NCBI GenBank assembly: GCA_947458545.1
Contig: CANGYH010000003.1
Span: forward strand, 101,809-165,808
Reading direction: 5' to 3'
Source of the DNA: Cytophagaceae bacterium
Lineage (GTDB): Bacteria > Bacteroidota > Bacteroidia > Cytophagales > Flexibacteraceae
DNA length: 64,000 nt
The translations under genes and the position numbers were made by a program. Under the pieces are notes generated by a model that was not told where the DNA came from, made no database searches, and saw nothing but the letters and a program-made list of their open reading frames with translations. Shown piece by piece: positions 18,401 through 26,596 of the stretch (the first letter of the stretch is position 1; the number at the start of each line of letters is the position of its first letter).

Positions 18401-19035
18401 GCCTGCCGGGCCTGGCGCTCCAGGCTCTTGAGGTTGCGCTCGATCTCGTGCAGCAGGTCTTCGACGCGCTCCAGGTCTTGGCCCACGTCTTCCAACCGGC
18501 GGAAGGTCTCTTTGCGGCGCTGCTTAAAACGCGACACCCCGGCCGCCTCTTCAAAGAGCGTACGGCGGCTGCCGTCGCGGTCGTTGAGGATATCGTCCAC
18601 CATCCGCAGCTCGATGATGGCGTAGCTGTCGGGCCCGATGCCGGTGTCGGCAAAGAGGTTGTCGATGTCTTTGAGCCGGCAGTGGACGCCGTTGATGAGG
18701 TACTCGCTCTCGCCCGTGCGGTGGTAGCGCCGGGTGATGGTGACGGTGGTGTACTCGGTGGGCAGGATGCCCCGGTCGTTGTCGAAGGTGAGGCTGACCT
18801 CGGCAAACTGCAGCGGCTTGCGGTTGGCCGCACCGTTGAAGATGATGTTCTCCATCTTCTCCGAGCGCAGGTTGCGCGTCTTGGTCTCGCCCAGCACCCA
18901 GCGGATGGCATCTACGATGTTGGACTTGCCACAGCCATTGGGCCCCACCACGCCCGTGACGCCTTGCCCAAAGTGCAGAATAATCTTGTCGCCGAAGGAC
19001 TTAAACCCCTTGGCCTCCAGCCGCGTCAGTCTCAC
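15493..19035 (-). CDS. smc: Chromosome segregation protein SMC
   Basis: N-terminal Walker A GPNGCGKSNIVDAIRWVLGE, very long coiled-coil arms with a hinge, and a C-terminal LSGGEK signature plus Walker B FCIFDEVDAPLD. 1180 aa. Confidence 0.95.
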   Translation of the reverse strand: MRLTRLEAKGFKSFGDKIILHFGQGVTGVVGPNGCGKSNIVDAIRWVLGETKTRNLRSEKMENIIFNGAANRKPLQFAEVSLTFDNDRGILPTEYTTVTITRRYHRTGESEYLINGVHCRLKDIDNLFADTGIGPDSYAIIELRMVDDILNDRDGSRRTLFEEAAGVSRFKQRRKETFRRLEDVGQDLERVEDLLHEIERNLKSLERQARQAERYFELKDKAKAAGLAAARREMARRSEENGRLQTQMEALKAERDEIVRQAEAEEAGREALLQGVREGEELFRSRQQTYAQLQENIRRLEGERKVSNERRRAELQRKDQLAAQREQDRTRLLNLATTLEDLQGRANMLAEQEARAKDLLTGVQEGLQALQDDFATKSQALDQAERELREAEDQYRRLHRDEEVGRAQLNTYLQERQRLDERTQQQTASMAEFDGKLKELGVELETAKARVLNLQYKEEERQAREATLQARLEELRDETGALARRRDAAQNEYNLTKSLQDNLEGYPEAIRYLRKTKGWAMAEQVPLVSDLFATPEKYRIALEYYLEPVLNHYVVEDEAEALRAVELLGASGKGKASFFVLSRFAGLQEQFFRYPEGAVPAMDVLECEPRYLPLVRWLLGNVCFMPKPVPADDEEVAVLALEGNLVLRRRSVAGGSIGLYEGKRIGRVKNLEKLATELQTLNKRLLELEDQQKATREELAQVRAADARPELEKLRREAQRLEQDAVTWRIRREQASQTLQDQSQRLETLAGTIAQLEEAAAARAPELAELTQRRDALTGGLQAQREARRLAEQALAQRRDELNRGQLEAVRLQGQLTQTRNELHIRTEDRNRLEARLAQVEQDLAAAEAALETLSQTDTIGDEDLKALYDELKAVDGGVKEAGQTLYHARGRVETSDKLLRELARRRDQNQTLLSEIASRVSGLEARLETARERLLLEYNIDPNDTPETDDGQPEPEPEELAALSDQDLLKLAADLKAQLDRLGPINPVAMESYKEMKERHDFITGQKNDLTEARQGLVQTIAEIEGEARQAFLGTFNAVRGHFHTVFRSLFTEEDTCDLTLQNPDNPLESPIDIIARPKGKRPLTINQLSGGEKTLTAIALLFSIYLIKPAPFCIFDEVDAPLDDNNIDKFNNIIRDFSGSSQFIIVTHNKRTMTHADVLYGVTMVEQGVSRVIPVDLR

Positions 19036-19129
19036 AGAAAGGGAACGTTCCGAATAGGTTAAAAGCCTGCAAAACTAACCGACGGCCCGGGCCAGGTTGT
19101 GCACAAGTTGTAAACAGGGAAAGTTGAGA

Positions 19130-19986
19130 CTTGTAGCGCGGGCTGCAGCCCGCGACGCCCAACGTTCCATCCCTAATTCTGTGCAATGGCTGTGCCATTG
19201 TCACGTGCTCTGGCGAGGCTGCGCCTCGCGTGTAGGCCAGGGCGGCAGACCTGACAGCCTGCGGATGGCGTAGGGTTGCGGATTGTAGTGCGGGCTTTAG
19301 CCAGGGGCTACTGCTAAGGCGACGGCAAAAGCCGAACGCTTTTGATTTCCAGATTGGCAGTATGTTACAAGCGGTTTTTGTCGGGAAATGTCGGGGGTAT
19401 GAAGGGCGTGCAACAGATTGTAGTGCGGGCTGCCAGCCCGCCCTGCGGAAGTTGGTTGGGTTAGATAAAAGATAAGAGATAAGGCTTGTGCCGTTGGGTA
19501 AGGTATGCCAAAGGCTGTGCTTGTGCCGTTGCGTAGGGTTTGCGGTAGGAGGGTATGCAGGGCTGGAGCCCTGCCCGTGAGGGTTACGAGGGCTGGAGCC
19601 CTCGTAACAGCATCTTCGTTGATGCCGAAGGCTTGAAGCGTTCGGCTTTAGCCGCCGCCATAGCAGTAGCCCCAGGTTTTTAACCTGGGGTGAACACGGA
19701 GAACAACGGGCTGGCGTAACCGCTCTCACCCAGTACCCCTCCGCCATCCGCAGGCCGCTAGGTCTGGCGCCCTGGCCTACAGGCGAGGAGCAGCTTCGCA
19801 AGAGTACGTGATAAGGGCAAAGCCATTGCAATGTATTTAGGGGCGGACACGCGGGTCTGTCCTTGAAGGACGTTTGCGGTTGGGAGGCCGACGGGAGTCG
19901 GCCAGCAAGGCATCCTTAGACTGGAGTCTAAGGATAGCGATGTGATGGAACGTTCCGCAAGGCTGGCTTGCAGCCCGCACTACAAG
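19130..19986. repeat. ~860-bp non-coding array of hairpin repeats with large-scale mirror (inverted) symmetry
   Basis: Paired units in opposite orientation are 19130-19171 vs 19944-19986, 19182-19270 vs 19741-19830, and 19304-19341 vs 19636-19673. There are also internal hairpins (gattgtagtgcgggct..., gggctggagccc x2). Confidence 0.8.
19886..19938 (+). repeat. REP double-hairpin unit (same family that flanks the RAYT gene)
   Basis: ggccgacgggagtcggcc-agcaaggca-tccttagactggagtctaaggatagc. It matches the units at 38983..39036 and 39070..39123. Confidence 0.85.
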
Positions 19987-19992
19987 TAAATC

Positions 19993-21063
19993 CTACGGCC
20001 TAAACTTCGGGTTCTGGCAGAAGGCTTCGTCTGTCAGGCCTAGCAAGAAAGCATGCAGGGCGGCCGAGTCTGCATCAGAGAAGCGGAGACCGCCGGGGGG
20101 CAGCAGGGGGCGCTCCAGGCTGGGGCTGGCAAGAATGCCGCGGCGGTAGTGGCTGAGCACCTCGCCGAGGGTGGCAAAGCGGCCGTCGTGCATGTAGGGG
20201 GCGCTTTTGGCGGCGTTGCGCAGGGTGGGCACGGCAAAGCGGAAGATGTCTGCCAGCTGGCGGGTGTGGGCGTAGCGGCCGCTGTCGCCAAAATGGTCTA
20301 GCCCGTTGTTGCGGAAGCTGTTGTCGGTAAAGAGCGGGGGGGTATGGCAGCGCCCGCAGCCCTGGGCGTTGAACACGCGCAAACCCTGGCGCTGCTGGGC
20401 CGATAGGGCGGTGGAGTCTCCCCGCAGGTAGGCGTCGAAAGGGCTTTGGGCCGACACGAGCGTGGCCATGTACTGGGCCAGGGCGTTGAGCAGGCGGGCT
20501 GGGGTGAGCGTGTCGCTGCCGTAGGCGGCCCGGGTCAGGGGCTGGTAGCGGATGAGGCGGCCCACTTTGGTGGCGGTAGTGGTAAAGCTCTGGCCCATCT
20601 CGCCGGGGTTGCCGATGGGCAGCATGGGCTGATGCTCTACGCCGGGCGAGCGGCCGTCCCACATGAGCTCGGCACGCCAGGCCAGGTTCTGGATGGTTGG
20701 CGAGTTGCGGCTGGTAGGCTGCGAGAAGATGCCGTTGCTGACGGCCTTGCCGGGGTCTGCAAAGGCGGCCTCGGGCAGGTGGCAGGTGGCGCAGCTGGTG
20801 CTGCTGTCGTCTGAGAGGGCCGGGTCAAAGAAGAGCGCCTTGCCCAGCGCAAAGCCGGCCTCCGTCACACTGCCTTGCACGGCCCCGAAGCGCGGCGTGC
20901 CAAAGCTGGCCGGCAACGCCATGGGGCCGTTGTGCGTGGGGGCAGGTGGGGTAGGGGTGTCTTGCGGCCCGTGGCAGGCCCACAGGGTCGCCAAAAGGCT
21001 TAGCAGGGCCAACAGGGCCCGGCCTTGCATCCTCAATACGGGTTTAGAGGGCATGGGCGGCAA
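19993..21063 (-). CDS. Di-haem cytochrome c peroxidase (CCP/MauG family)
   Basis: Two CxxCH haem motifs (CATCH, CGRCH), a signal peptide, and the conserved MWDGR and PYMHDG segments. Confidence 0.85.
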   Translation of the reverse strand: MPPMPSKPVLRMQGRALLALLSLLATLWACHGPQDTPTPPAPTHNGPMALPASFGTPRFGAVQGSVTEAGFALGKALFFDPALSDDSSTSCATCHLPEAAFADPGKAVSNGIFSQPTSRNSPTIQNLAWRAELMWDGRSPGVEHQPMLPIGNPGEMGQSFTTTATKVGRLIRYQPLTRAAYGSDTLTPARLLNALAQYMATLVSAQSPFDAYLRGDSTALSAQQRQGLRVFNAQGCGRCHTPPLFTDNSFRNNGLDHFGDSGRYAHTRQLADIFRFAVPTLRNAAKSAPYMHDGRFATLGEVLSHYRRGILASPSLERPLLPPGGLRFSDADSAALHAFLLGLTDEAFCQNPKFRP

Positions 21064-21198
21064 CGGGTATGCAAGATTCTAATTCTTGTTAAAACTACGT
21101 AGGCGGCAGGCACCTTTCCAAAGGCGGCGTCGTTACTTTGGGGCATGCGAACCGAGCCGCAACCTGCCTGGGCGCGTACCCGTTACAGCCGCCAGCCC

Positions 21199-21405
21199 AT
21201 GATGGGCGCCATATGCCTGGCCCTCTGCCTGGCTTGGGCAGGCTGCACCGGGCCGGCCGTATGCCCCACCAACCAGGCCGCCTCTGCACCGCCCGGCGAG
21301 CGGGCCAAGGGGGCTCCCGTCAAAAGCGCGGGCACGTATGACAAAAACGGACGACTCATCAAGAAGAATGCCTTTCATCCCAGTTCTCGGCAAGTGGGCA
21401 ACTAG
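21199..21405 (+). CDS. Possible small lipoprotein (weak call)
   Basis: MMGAICLALCLAWAGC is a lipobox-like N-terminus. The rest is low-complexity, and the ORF overlaps the start region of the next gene. Confidence 0.25.
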   Translation: MMGAICLALCLAWAGCTGPAVCPTNQAASAPPGERAKGAPVKSAGTYDKNGRLIKKNAFHPSSRQVGN

Positions 21406-22222
21406 GGTGGCAGCCTGGGCCCTGGCCCTGGGCACGGTATGCGGCCTGGGGGCCTGGGTAATGGCCCAAAACCCGGCCGCGCCTCCGCGAGAGATACGCC
21501 TGCTGGGGGCCGCCGTCTTTGGCCCGGGCGAGGAGCTGCGCTACCGCGTGCACTACGGCTTTATCAACGCCGGCGAGGCCTTGCTGACGGTAGATCGCCG
21601 CGTGCGCGAGCAAGCTGACCGCCCCTGCTACCAGGTAGAGGTAAGCGGCCGCACCATAGGGGCTTTCTCTCGGTTTATGAAGATCCGCAATGTATGGGGC
21701 ACTTACCTGGACACGGCCCAGATGAAACCTCTGCGCGCCTACCGCAACATCCGAGAGAACCGCTACCGCCTGGATGAGGACCTGCAGTTTGACTATGCCC
21801 GCCGCCTGGTATCCGTGAAGCGAACCGAGCGGAAGGATACGGCCTACCGCATCCCCAACCCCGTGTTCGACATCGTGTCTGGCTACTACTTTTTGCGGCA
21901 GGTAGATTACAGCCAGTTGGCACCCGGCACGGTGATGAGTCTGGATGCCTACTTCGATGACGCGCAGTACAAGTTTAAGGTGCGCTTTGTGGGGCGCGAG
22001 GCCGTCAAGACCAAGTTTGGGCGGGTGTCGGCGCTGGTGCTGTCGCCCATCATGCCCGACAACAGCTTTTTTGACGGAGAGAACGCCATCCGCCTCTGGA
22101 TGAGCGATGATGCAAACCGCGTACCATTGAAGGTCTCTGCCGAGCTGCTGGTGGGATCTGTGGACCTGGACCTGGAAGATTACCGAGGCACCCGCAGGCC
22201 GCTGGCGGTCTTTAAGGACTAG
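21338..22222 (+). CDS. DUF3108 domain protein
   Basis: GEELRYRVHYGFINAGEALLTVD...YQVEVSGRT...VFDIVSGYYFLR...FDGENAIRLWMSDDANRVPLKV matches the DUF3108 beta-barrel pattern as I remember it. The true start may be an internal Met. Confidence 0.65.
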   Translation: MTKTDDSSRRMPFIPVLGKWATRVAAWALALGTVCGLGAWVMAQNPAAPPREIRLLGAAVFGPGEELRYRVHYGFINAGEALLTVDRRVREQADRPCYQVEVSGRTIGAFSRFMKIRNVWGTYLDTAQMKPLRAYRNIRENRYRLDEDLQFDYARRLVSVKRTERKDTAYRIPNPVFDIVSGYYFLRQVDYSQLAPGTVMSLDAYFDDAQYKFKVRFVGREAVKTKFGRVSALVLSPIMPDNSFFDGENAIRLWMSDDANRVPLKVSAELLVGSVDLDLEDYRGTRRPLAVFKD

Positions 22223-22281
22223 TGGATGCGTAGGCTGCCCATGTTGCCAGTCTGAAGACTGCTCCTCAATGGGCGTCACAA

Positions 22282-22373
22282 GTCATCGCTCCCCTAATCG
22301 GGTCGCTAAAGACTTGCGACAGTTTACGTCATCGCTCACCTAATCGGGTCGCTAAAGACTTGCGACAGGTTGC
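22282..22373 (+). repeat. Two tandem 46-bp repeats, each with a gtcgc-taaagactt-gcgac hairpin
   Basis: gtcatcgctcccctaatcgggtcgctaaagacttgcgacagtttac / gtcatcgctcacctaatcgggtcgctaaagacttgcgacaggttgc. The core gctaaagacttgcgacag recurs in inverted form at about 14728-14745. Confidence 0.85.
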
Positions 22374-22466
22374 GGGAGGGCACCTTTTGGGGTAAAGCCT
22401 TGTTTGGCAGAGGTGGGGCGGCTATCTTTGTTTAGCCGCATGGCGTTCCACTAGTCTGCTGTCCGT

Positions 22467-22682
22467 ATGCCTGATATGTTTGAAAAACTCAAAAACCTGG
22501 AGCTGAACATCTTTCAGACCCTGGCCCTGACGGGGCTAATCGTCAGCACGTTCAGCCACGTGGGCCTGACGTTGATGGACAAGCAGGTGGATCGTTTCTG
22601 GGCCGTGTACGTAGTCTGGCTAGCCGTACTGACGCTCTCAACGCTCATCCGCAGCGAGGGTGATGATGAGCATCATCACTAG
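22467..22682 (+). CDS. Small membrane protein (two predicted TM helices)
   Basis: 71 aa with hydrophobic segments IFQTLALTGLIVSTF and FWAVYVVWLAVLTLSTLI. Codon usage is host-like and the tail is acidic/His-rich. Confidence 0.45.
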   Translation: MPDMFEKLKNLELNIFQTLALTGLIVSTFSHVGLTLMDKQVDRFWAVYVVWLAVLTLSTLIRSEGDDEHHH

Positions 22683-22774
22683 GGGGTAACTTGGGTTTAA
22701 AATCCGCTTAAAGAAATCTTACTCCTTGTAATTATTTTTCGATGTTAAAAAATATAATTTTTTAACTTTTAACC

Positions 22775-23701
22775 ATGAAGGTGTGGAGGTTGCCGTTTAT
22801 TCTTCTTGGTTTTTTACAATTTTGGGTTTCTAATTGTTGCGCCCAAAATCTTAAAACTTATAGTGGTAAGTATAAAACTGGTCGTGCTAATTACGAATTT
22901 ATTGAAGACAATAATAATCAAAGCAGATTATATCATGGTAAATTTAGTTATTTTGGCCACCCGTGGAAGGTGATAGGAAGTTTTAACTTGGGGAAAAGAA
23001 ACGGATTGTGGAATATTTCCGCCAAGGACAAAATTGAGATTGGTTGGCGAGGTAGGATAAAAATAAATACACTTATAACTGGTAGGTACAAAAATGGATC
23101 ACTTGATGGTAATTGGTCCTTTTGGAACTCGTGGCATCTTTCTAATTCCTGGGAAGGGCCGTTTCCTAAGGATTCTCACATTCAGAAGAGTAAGGCATCT
23201 TTCTACAAGAATCACTTTGTTGGCGCTCTTTCATACTTTAATAACTATCCGGAGCAAATAGTTGAGGAGGGTTATTTTGATTCTACTGGTCGAAAGATAA
23301 ATATTTGGTTAAAAAAATCTAAAAGTGAGAGACAGACAAAGAAATATAAGAATGGGCTTCTGTATTATCATGCAACTTTAAATCTTGAGACTGGCAGATT
23401 AACAAAAGATTGTGATTTCTCTGCCATTATTGACTCTATAAATGCAGATTCGATATTTGCTGGAAGAAATTTAATTGTATTAGGAGGGTGCTATGAAATT
23501 ACTTTAAATGAGGCTATACAAGATCCTTCTACTGAAATATGGAAGAGCAGGAGGTTGTCAATTTTTCAACACTCATCTACCACCAATCCCTTATACTTCT
23601 TTAGTGAAGATGATAAAGAAGACGATAGCAATTTCTCTACTAATCCGTTTTTTATTGAGTATGAACTAAAACCAATAGAGTGTCACGAGCTCCGCAACTA
23701 G
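22775..23701 (+). CDS. Secreted MORN-variant-repeat-like protein in an AT-rich islet
   Basis: Signal peptide MKVWRLPFILLGFLQFWVSNCCAQ. There are repeated G(K/R)YKxGxxxGxW/F-type units (GKYKTGRANY, GKRNGLWNI, GRYKNGSLDGNWSFW, KYKNGLLYYH). The DNA is strongly AT-rich. Confidence 0.6.
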   Translation: MKVWRLPFILLGFLQFWVSNCCAQNLKTYSGKYKTGRANYEFIEDNNNQSRLYHGKFSYFGHPWKVIGSFNLGKRNGLWNISAKDKIEIGWRGRIKINTLITGRYKNGSLDGNWSFWNSWHLSNSWEGPFPKDSHIQKSKASFYKNHFVGALSYFNNYPEQIVEEGYFDSTGRKINIWLKKSKSERQTKKYKNGLLYYHATLNLETGRLTKDCDFSAIIDSINADSIFAGRNLIVLGGCYEITLNEAIQDPSTEIWKSRRLSIFQHSSTTNPLYFFSEDDKEDDSNFSTNPFFIEYELKPIECHELRN

Positions 23702-23937
23702 AAAGTTAATTTTCAAGAATCGGTAATACTCCAGTTAAGCAAAGTCTCTTACTTTGCTTTCCGTCGCTGCAAGTCTCCGACTTGCATTATATTGTACCAT
23801 CATCGCAGAGCAGCTTCTACCTGAACCAGCCCCACCGATGGGCCGCGTCCGTCTTGCAAGTCAGAGACTTGCAGCGGCCAAAAGCAAGGTCAGAGACCTT
23901 CCTTAGCAACGGGTTACAAAACGGCAACCTTATGGGG

Positions 23938-23960
23938 GGTTCCGGTTACAAACCGGGACC
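23938..23960. repeat. GGTYCCGGT-N5-ACCGGGACC hairpin
   Basis: ggttccggttacaaaccgggacc (one stem mismatch). Confidence 0.7.
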
Positions 23961-23988
23961 AGTTACGCGCTTACTGAAGCCGAAACAC

Positions 23989-24070
23989 CCTGCCCCACGC
24001 CCTCCGTTTCAGCGGTCTGGAGACCGCGGGTTAACGGCTGGGTGGGTCCCGGTCAGAGACCGGGACCAGC
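23989..24070 (-). repeat. Composite ~83-bp repeat, copy B (inverted relative to 13305..13387)
   Basis: The reverse complement reads gctggtcccggtctctgaccgggacccaccc...cgcggtctccagaccgctgaaacggagggcgtggggcagg, near-identical to copy A. Confidence 0.85.
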
Positions 24071-24103
24071 GCTTCAGATGGGGAGAGCGGTATAGGCTTC
24101 GCC

Positions 24104-25591
24104 CTACGGCCGGATGCGCTCATACGCCCCTAGGGTGGGGGTGTTGGGGTCGCGGTCTTTGGCGACGAAGTCTAGGAACTTATTGGTGGGTAGGGGGCGG
24201 AAGGCGGGCTCGCGGTCGTCTATTTCGGTGATGCGGAGGCCGCCCGTGGCTGCCGGGCCAGGGTTGGCAGAGTCTGGCCGGAAGTCGTAGCTGGAGGGCT
24301 GGCGGAAAAACTGGCCCCCCGGTGCAAAGAAGCTGACAGGCAGCAGACGGTTGGTATTGGGCAGGTCTGGGTAGCGCCGCCCGGTGATGAGGTTGTTTTG
24401 CACCCGGCTGTAGTCAAACGCCTGGGCGGGGCCGCCCGGGGCCAGGGCGGTGGCAAACTCCAGCTCTTGCGAGCCAGAGATGACGCTGTTGAAAAACGAG
24501 ATGCGCGGCGTGAGGCCTACCAGGCGCGGGCTGTTTTGGTCTTGCTGAAAGAAGTCGGCAAAGAACACCAGCGGGCTGCGGCGGTTGAAGGGTGTGTTGC
24601 CGCTCTGGGCCAGCGTGCAGTGGGCAAAGGCGTAGTTGCCGCCCATCTGCCCGGCAATGTAGCTGGAGCCGCAGTCTGCAATGACCAGGTTGTAGCCCGT
24701 GATGCTGGCATTGAAGCCCCACAGGCCCACGTCGGTACAGTTGCGGATAAGGACATTGTCTAGCTGGACGCTGATCGGCGCCGGGAAGGTGGGGATGCCC
24801 ACCTGCAGGCCGCGCAGGCCGTTCTCTATGATGCAGTGCCGCAGGCTGCTGCCCTCTGAGCCGGGCAGCAGGCCGATGTAGCCCCATTGGCCGGGCACGT
24901 TGGCATAGTACCGCTCCAGGCGCGTACCCGTAAAGCGGATGGGCCGTTGGTAGGTGCCCTCGGCCACCAAAGTACCCTTGCTGACCAGGAAGGCATTGTT
25001 GAACAAGTGCACCCGCGTGCCCGGCTCTATCGTCAGGGCCCGCAGCGAATCTACCAGCACGGTGCCCAGCAGCACGATGGGCTTGTTGGCGCGCCAGGTG
25101 GTGTCGGACCGGATGACGGTGTTGGGCTGCAGGTAGACGGCGTCTTGCCCCTTGGCCACTACGGGCATGGCCTGCCCCTCGGCACGGCCGCGGATGCGGA
25201 AGAGGATACGGTCTTGGTAGAGCAGGGGCGTATCTACCCGTGCTTCGGGTAAGATGCCAGAGACGAGTACCCAGGCAGAGTCCTTACCCAGTATCTCTAC
25301 GTTTTGGATAACCGTGCCCGTGCGCCCATTGACGGTAAGCGTAAAGGGCGAGGCCTGGCTGCCTGCGCCTTCCATACGGACCTCCTCCAGCACGATGGTG
25401 CCTGCGTTGGGGTTGTAGATGCGTAGCCGCTCGGTGATCGTCTTGCGCGTGGTGAAGACGGTGTCGAAGAGGATGGCCGTGTCTGAGAAGGCCAGGCCCT
25501 GGGCAGGGTTGGGGTCTAGGCGCTCGTCTAGCGGTTTGCAGGCGGCAAACATCCCAACCAAGGCCAACAACAGGATACAGACACGCAGCAT
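24104..25591 (-). CDS. Lipoprotein with right-handed parallel beta-helix (PbH1-like) repeats
   Basis: Start at MLRVCILLLALVGMFAAC (lipobox); the track ORF extends 30 codons further upstream. The middle region IIENGLRGLQVG...IRNCTDVGLWGFNASITGYNLVIADCGSSY looks like PbH1 repeats. Confidence 0.55.
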   Translation of the reverse strand: MLRVCILLLALVGMFAACKPLDERLDPNPAQGLAFSDTAILFDTVFTTRKTITERLRIYNPNAGTIVLEEVRMEGAGSQASPFTLTVNGRTGTVIQNVEILGKDSAWVLVSGILPEARVDTPLLYQDRILFRIRGRAEGQAMPVVAKGQDAVYLQPNTVIRSDTTWRANKPIVLLGTVLVDSLRALTIEPGTRVHLFNNAFLVSKGTLVAEGTYQRPIRFTGTRLERYYANVPGQWGYIGLLPGSEGSSLRHCIIENGLRGLQVGIPTFPAPISVQLDNVLIRNCTDVGLWGFNASITGYNLVIADCGSSYIAGQMGGNYAFAHCTLAQSGNTPFNRRSPLVFFADFFQQDQNSPRLVGLTPRISFFNSVISGSQELEFATALAPGGPAQAFDYSRVQNNLITGRRYPDLPNTNRLLPVSFFAPGGQFFRQPSSYDFRPDSANPGPAATGGLRITEIDDREPAFRPLPTNKFLDFVAKDRDPNTPTLGAYERIRP

Positions 25592-25752
25592 GATAACGAG
25601 GCAGCCCGGCCGGCCCGGTGCAAAGCACCAAACGCTAGGCAGCCCGGCAAAAGTACGGCCTGGGGGCCTGCCCAAGGCCAAAGGCCAGGGCTTGTGCCGC
25701 TTTAGCCAAATTTAACTAGCTACTTTACAGCCAGTTGGCCAACTTAGCCGGC

Positions 25753-26502
25753 ATGACGATGGCCCGGCTACTGTGCGTTTGGATTTTGTGGATGCTTGCC
25801 ACCGTGGGGCAGGCACAACCCTTCAGCCAATGCAAATACACCTACTTCGGCAAAACGAAGCTGGTCTCCACCTCCATCTGCCTGGATAAAGACGGCCGCT
25901 GGGGCGAGGCCCGCGCCTTCGACAGGCAGGGAAAACAGATTTACCACAACGACGAGCGCCGCATTGCAGGGCACGCCAATACGCACTTCAGCTTCTACCC
26001 CAGCGGGGCCGTGCACAAGGCCGAATACAGCTCTGCCCCAGATGCGGGCATCCAATGGTACAGGTCTGTAACGACTTTCTCTGAAACGGGGGAGCAGATC
26101 CACTTCTCTAAGCAAAGCCACGACGAAATGCGCGGCCCCGGCTATTTCTTAGAGCAGTTGCCCGAGCCCCCAAAGCACCAGCCGCCCCCGTCTGCCTGCG
26201 TAGAAGTGCACCTGGCCGAGGTATGGTTGGTGAACAAGTCTCGCTTTGCCGTGAAGGCAACGGGCGCCTACACCGGCAGCCTGGCAGACCCTGCCAGCCT
26301 CACGCTGGCCCCTGGCGACAGCGGGCGCGGGGGTGCCTTCACGACCTCGCCCAACTACGAGATGGCCGCCGGGTGGCCACAATCGCGCATCAAACTAGAG
26401 GCCGTGGGGACGCGCCGCCGCGCCCGGCTACGCCTGGTAGGCCCCTACCGTACCGAAGGCCATGGGCCCCGGGCACGCCGCTTCTGGTATGCAATTCAAT
26501 GA
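25753..26502 (+). CDS. Hypothetical secreted protein
   Basis: Signal peptide MTMARLLCVWILWMLATVGQAQ with host-like codon usage. I recognise no catalytic motif. Confidence 0.5.
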   Translation: MTMARLLCVWILWMLATVGQAQPFSQCKYTYFGKTKLVSTSICLDKDGRWGEARAFDRQGKQIYHNDERRIAGHANTHFSFYPSGAVHKAEYSSAPDAGIQWYRSVTTFSETGEQIHFSKQSHDEMRGPGYFLEQLPEPPKHQPPPSACVEVHLAEVWLVNKSRFAVKATGAYTGSLADPASLTLAPGDSGRGGAFTTSPNYEMAAGWPQSRIKLEAVGTRRRARLRLVGPYRTEGHGPRARRFWYAIQ

Positions 26503-26596
26503 GCCAAGCAGGCTATTTGGCACAAAAAAGAAATAATAAATATATAAATGTTGCATATTGGTGGCGGATGTTGGTTCCCGAGCATCCGCATATTCT

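Noticed and set aside
16372-19062. Long + strand ORFs (359 aa, 200 aa, 379 aa and others) inside smc
   Set aside because: These are antisense or alternative frames of an unambiguous SMC gene. They are repetitive Leu/Ala/Gln/Gly-rich translations with no motifs.
19001-19831. 276-aa minus-strand ORF spanning the smc-ccp intergenic region
   Set aside because: It runs through the hairpin-repeat array. The frame is kept open by repeat composition, the translation is Pro/Arg/Ser-rich junk, and mirror-image repeats cannot both be coding.
19130-19986. Possible CRISPR array
   Set aside because: The repeats belong to several different families. They are individually palindromic, occur in both orientations and are irregularly spaced with no unique spacers of constant length. 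No cas genes are present in the window.
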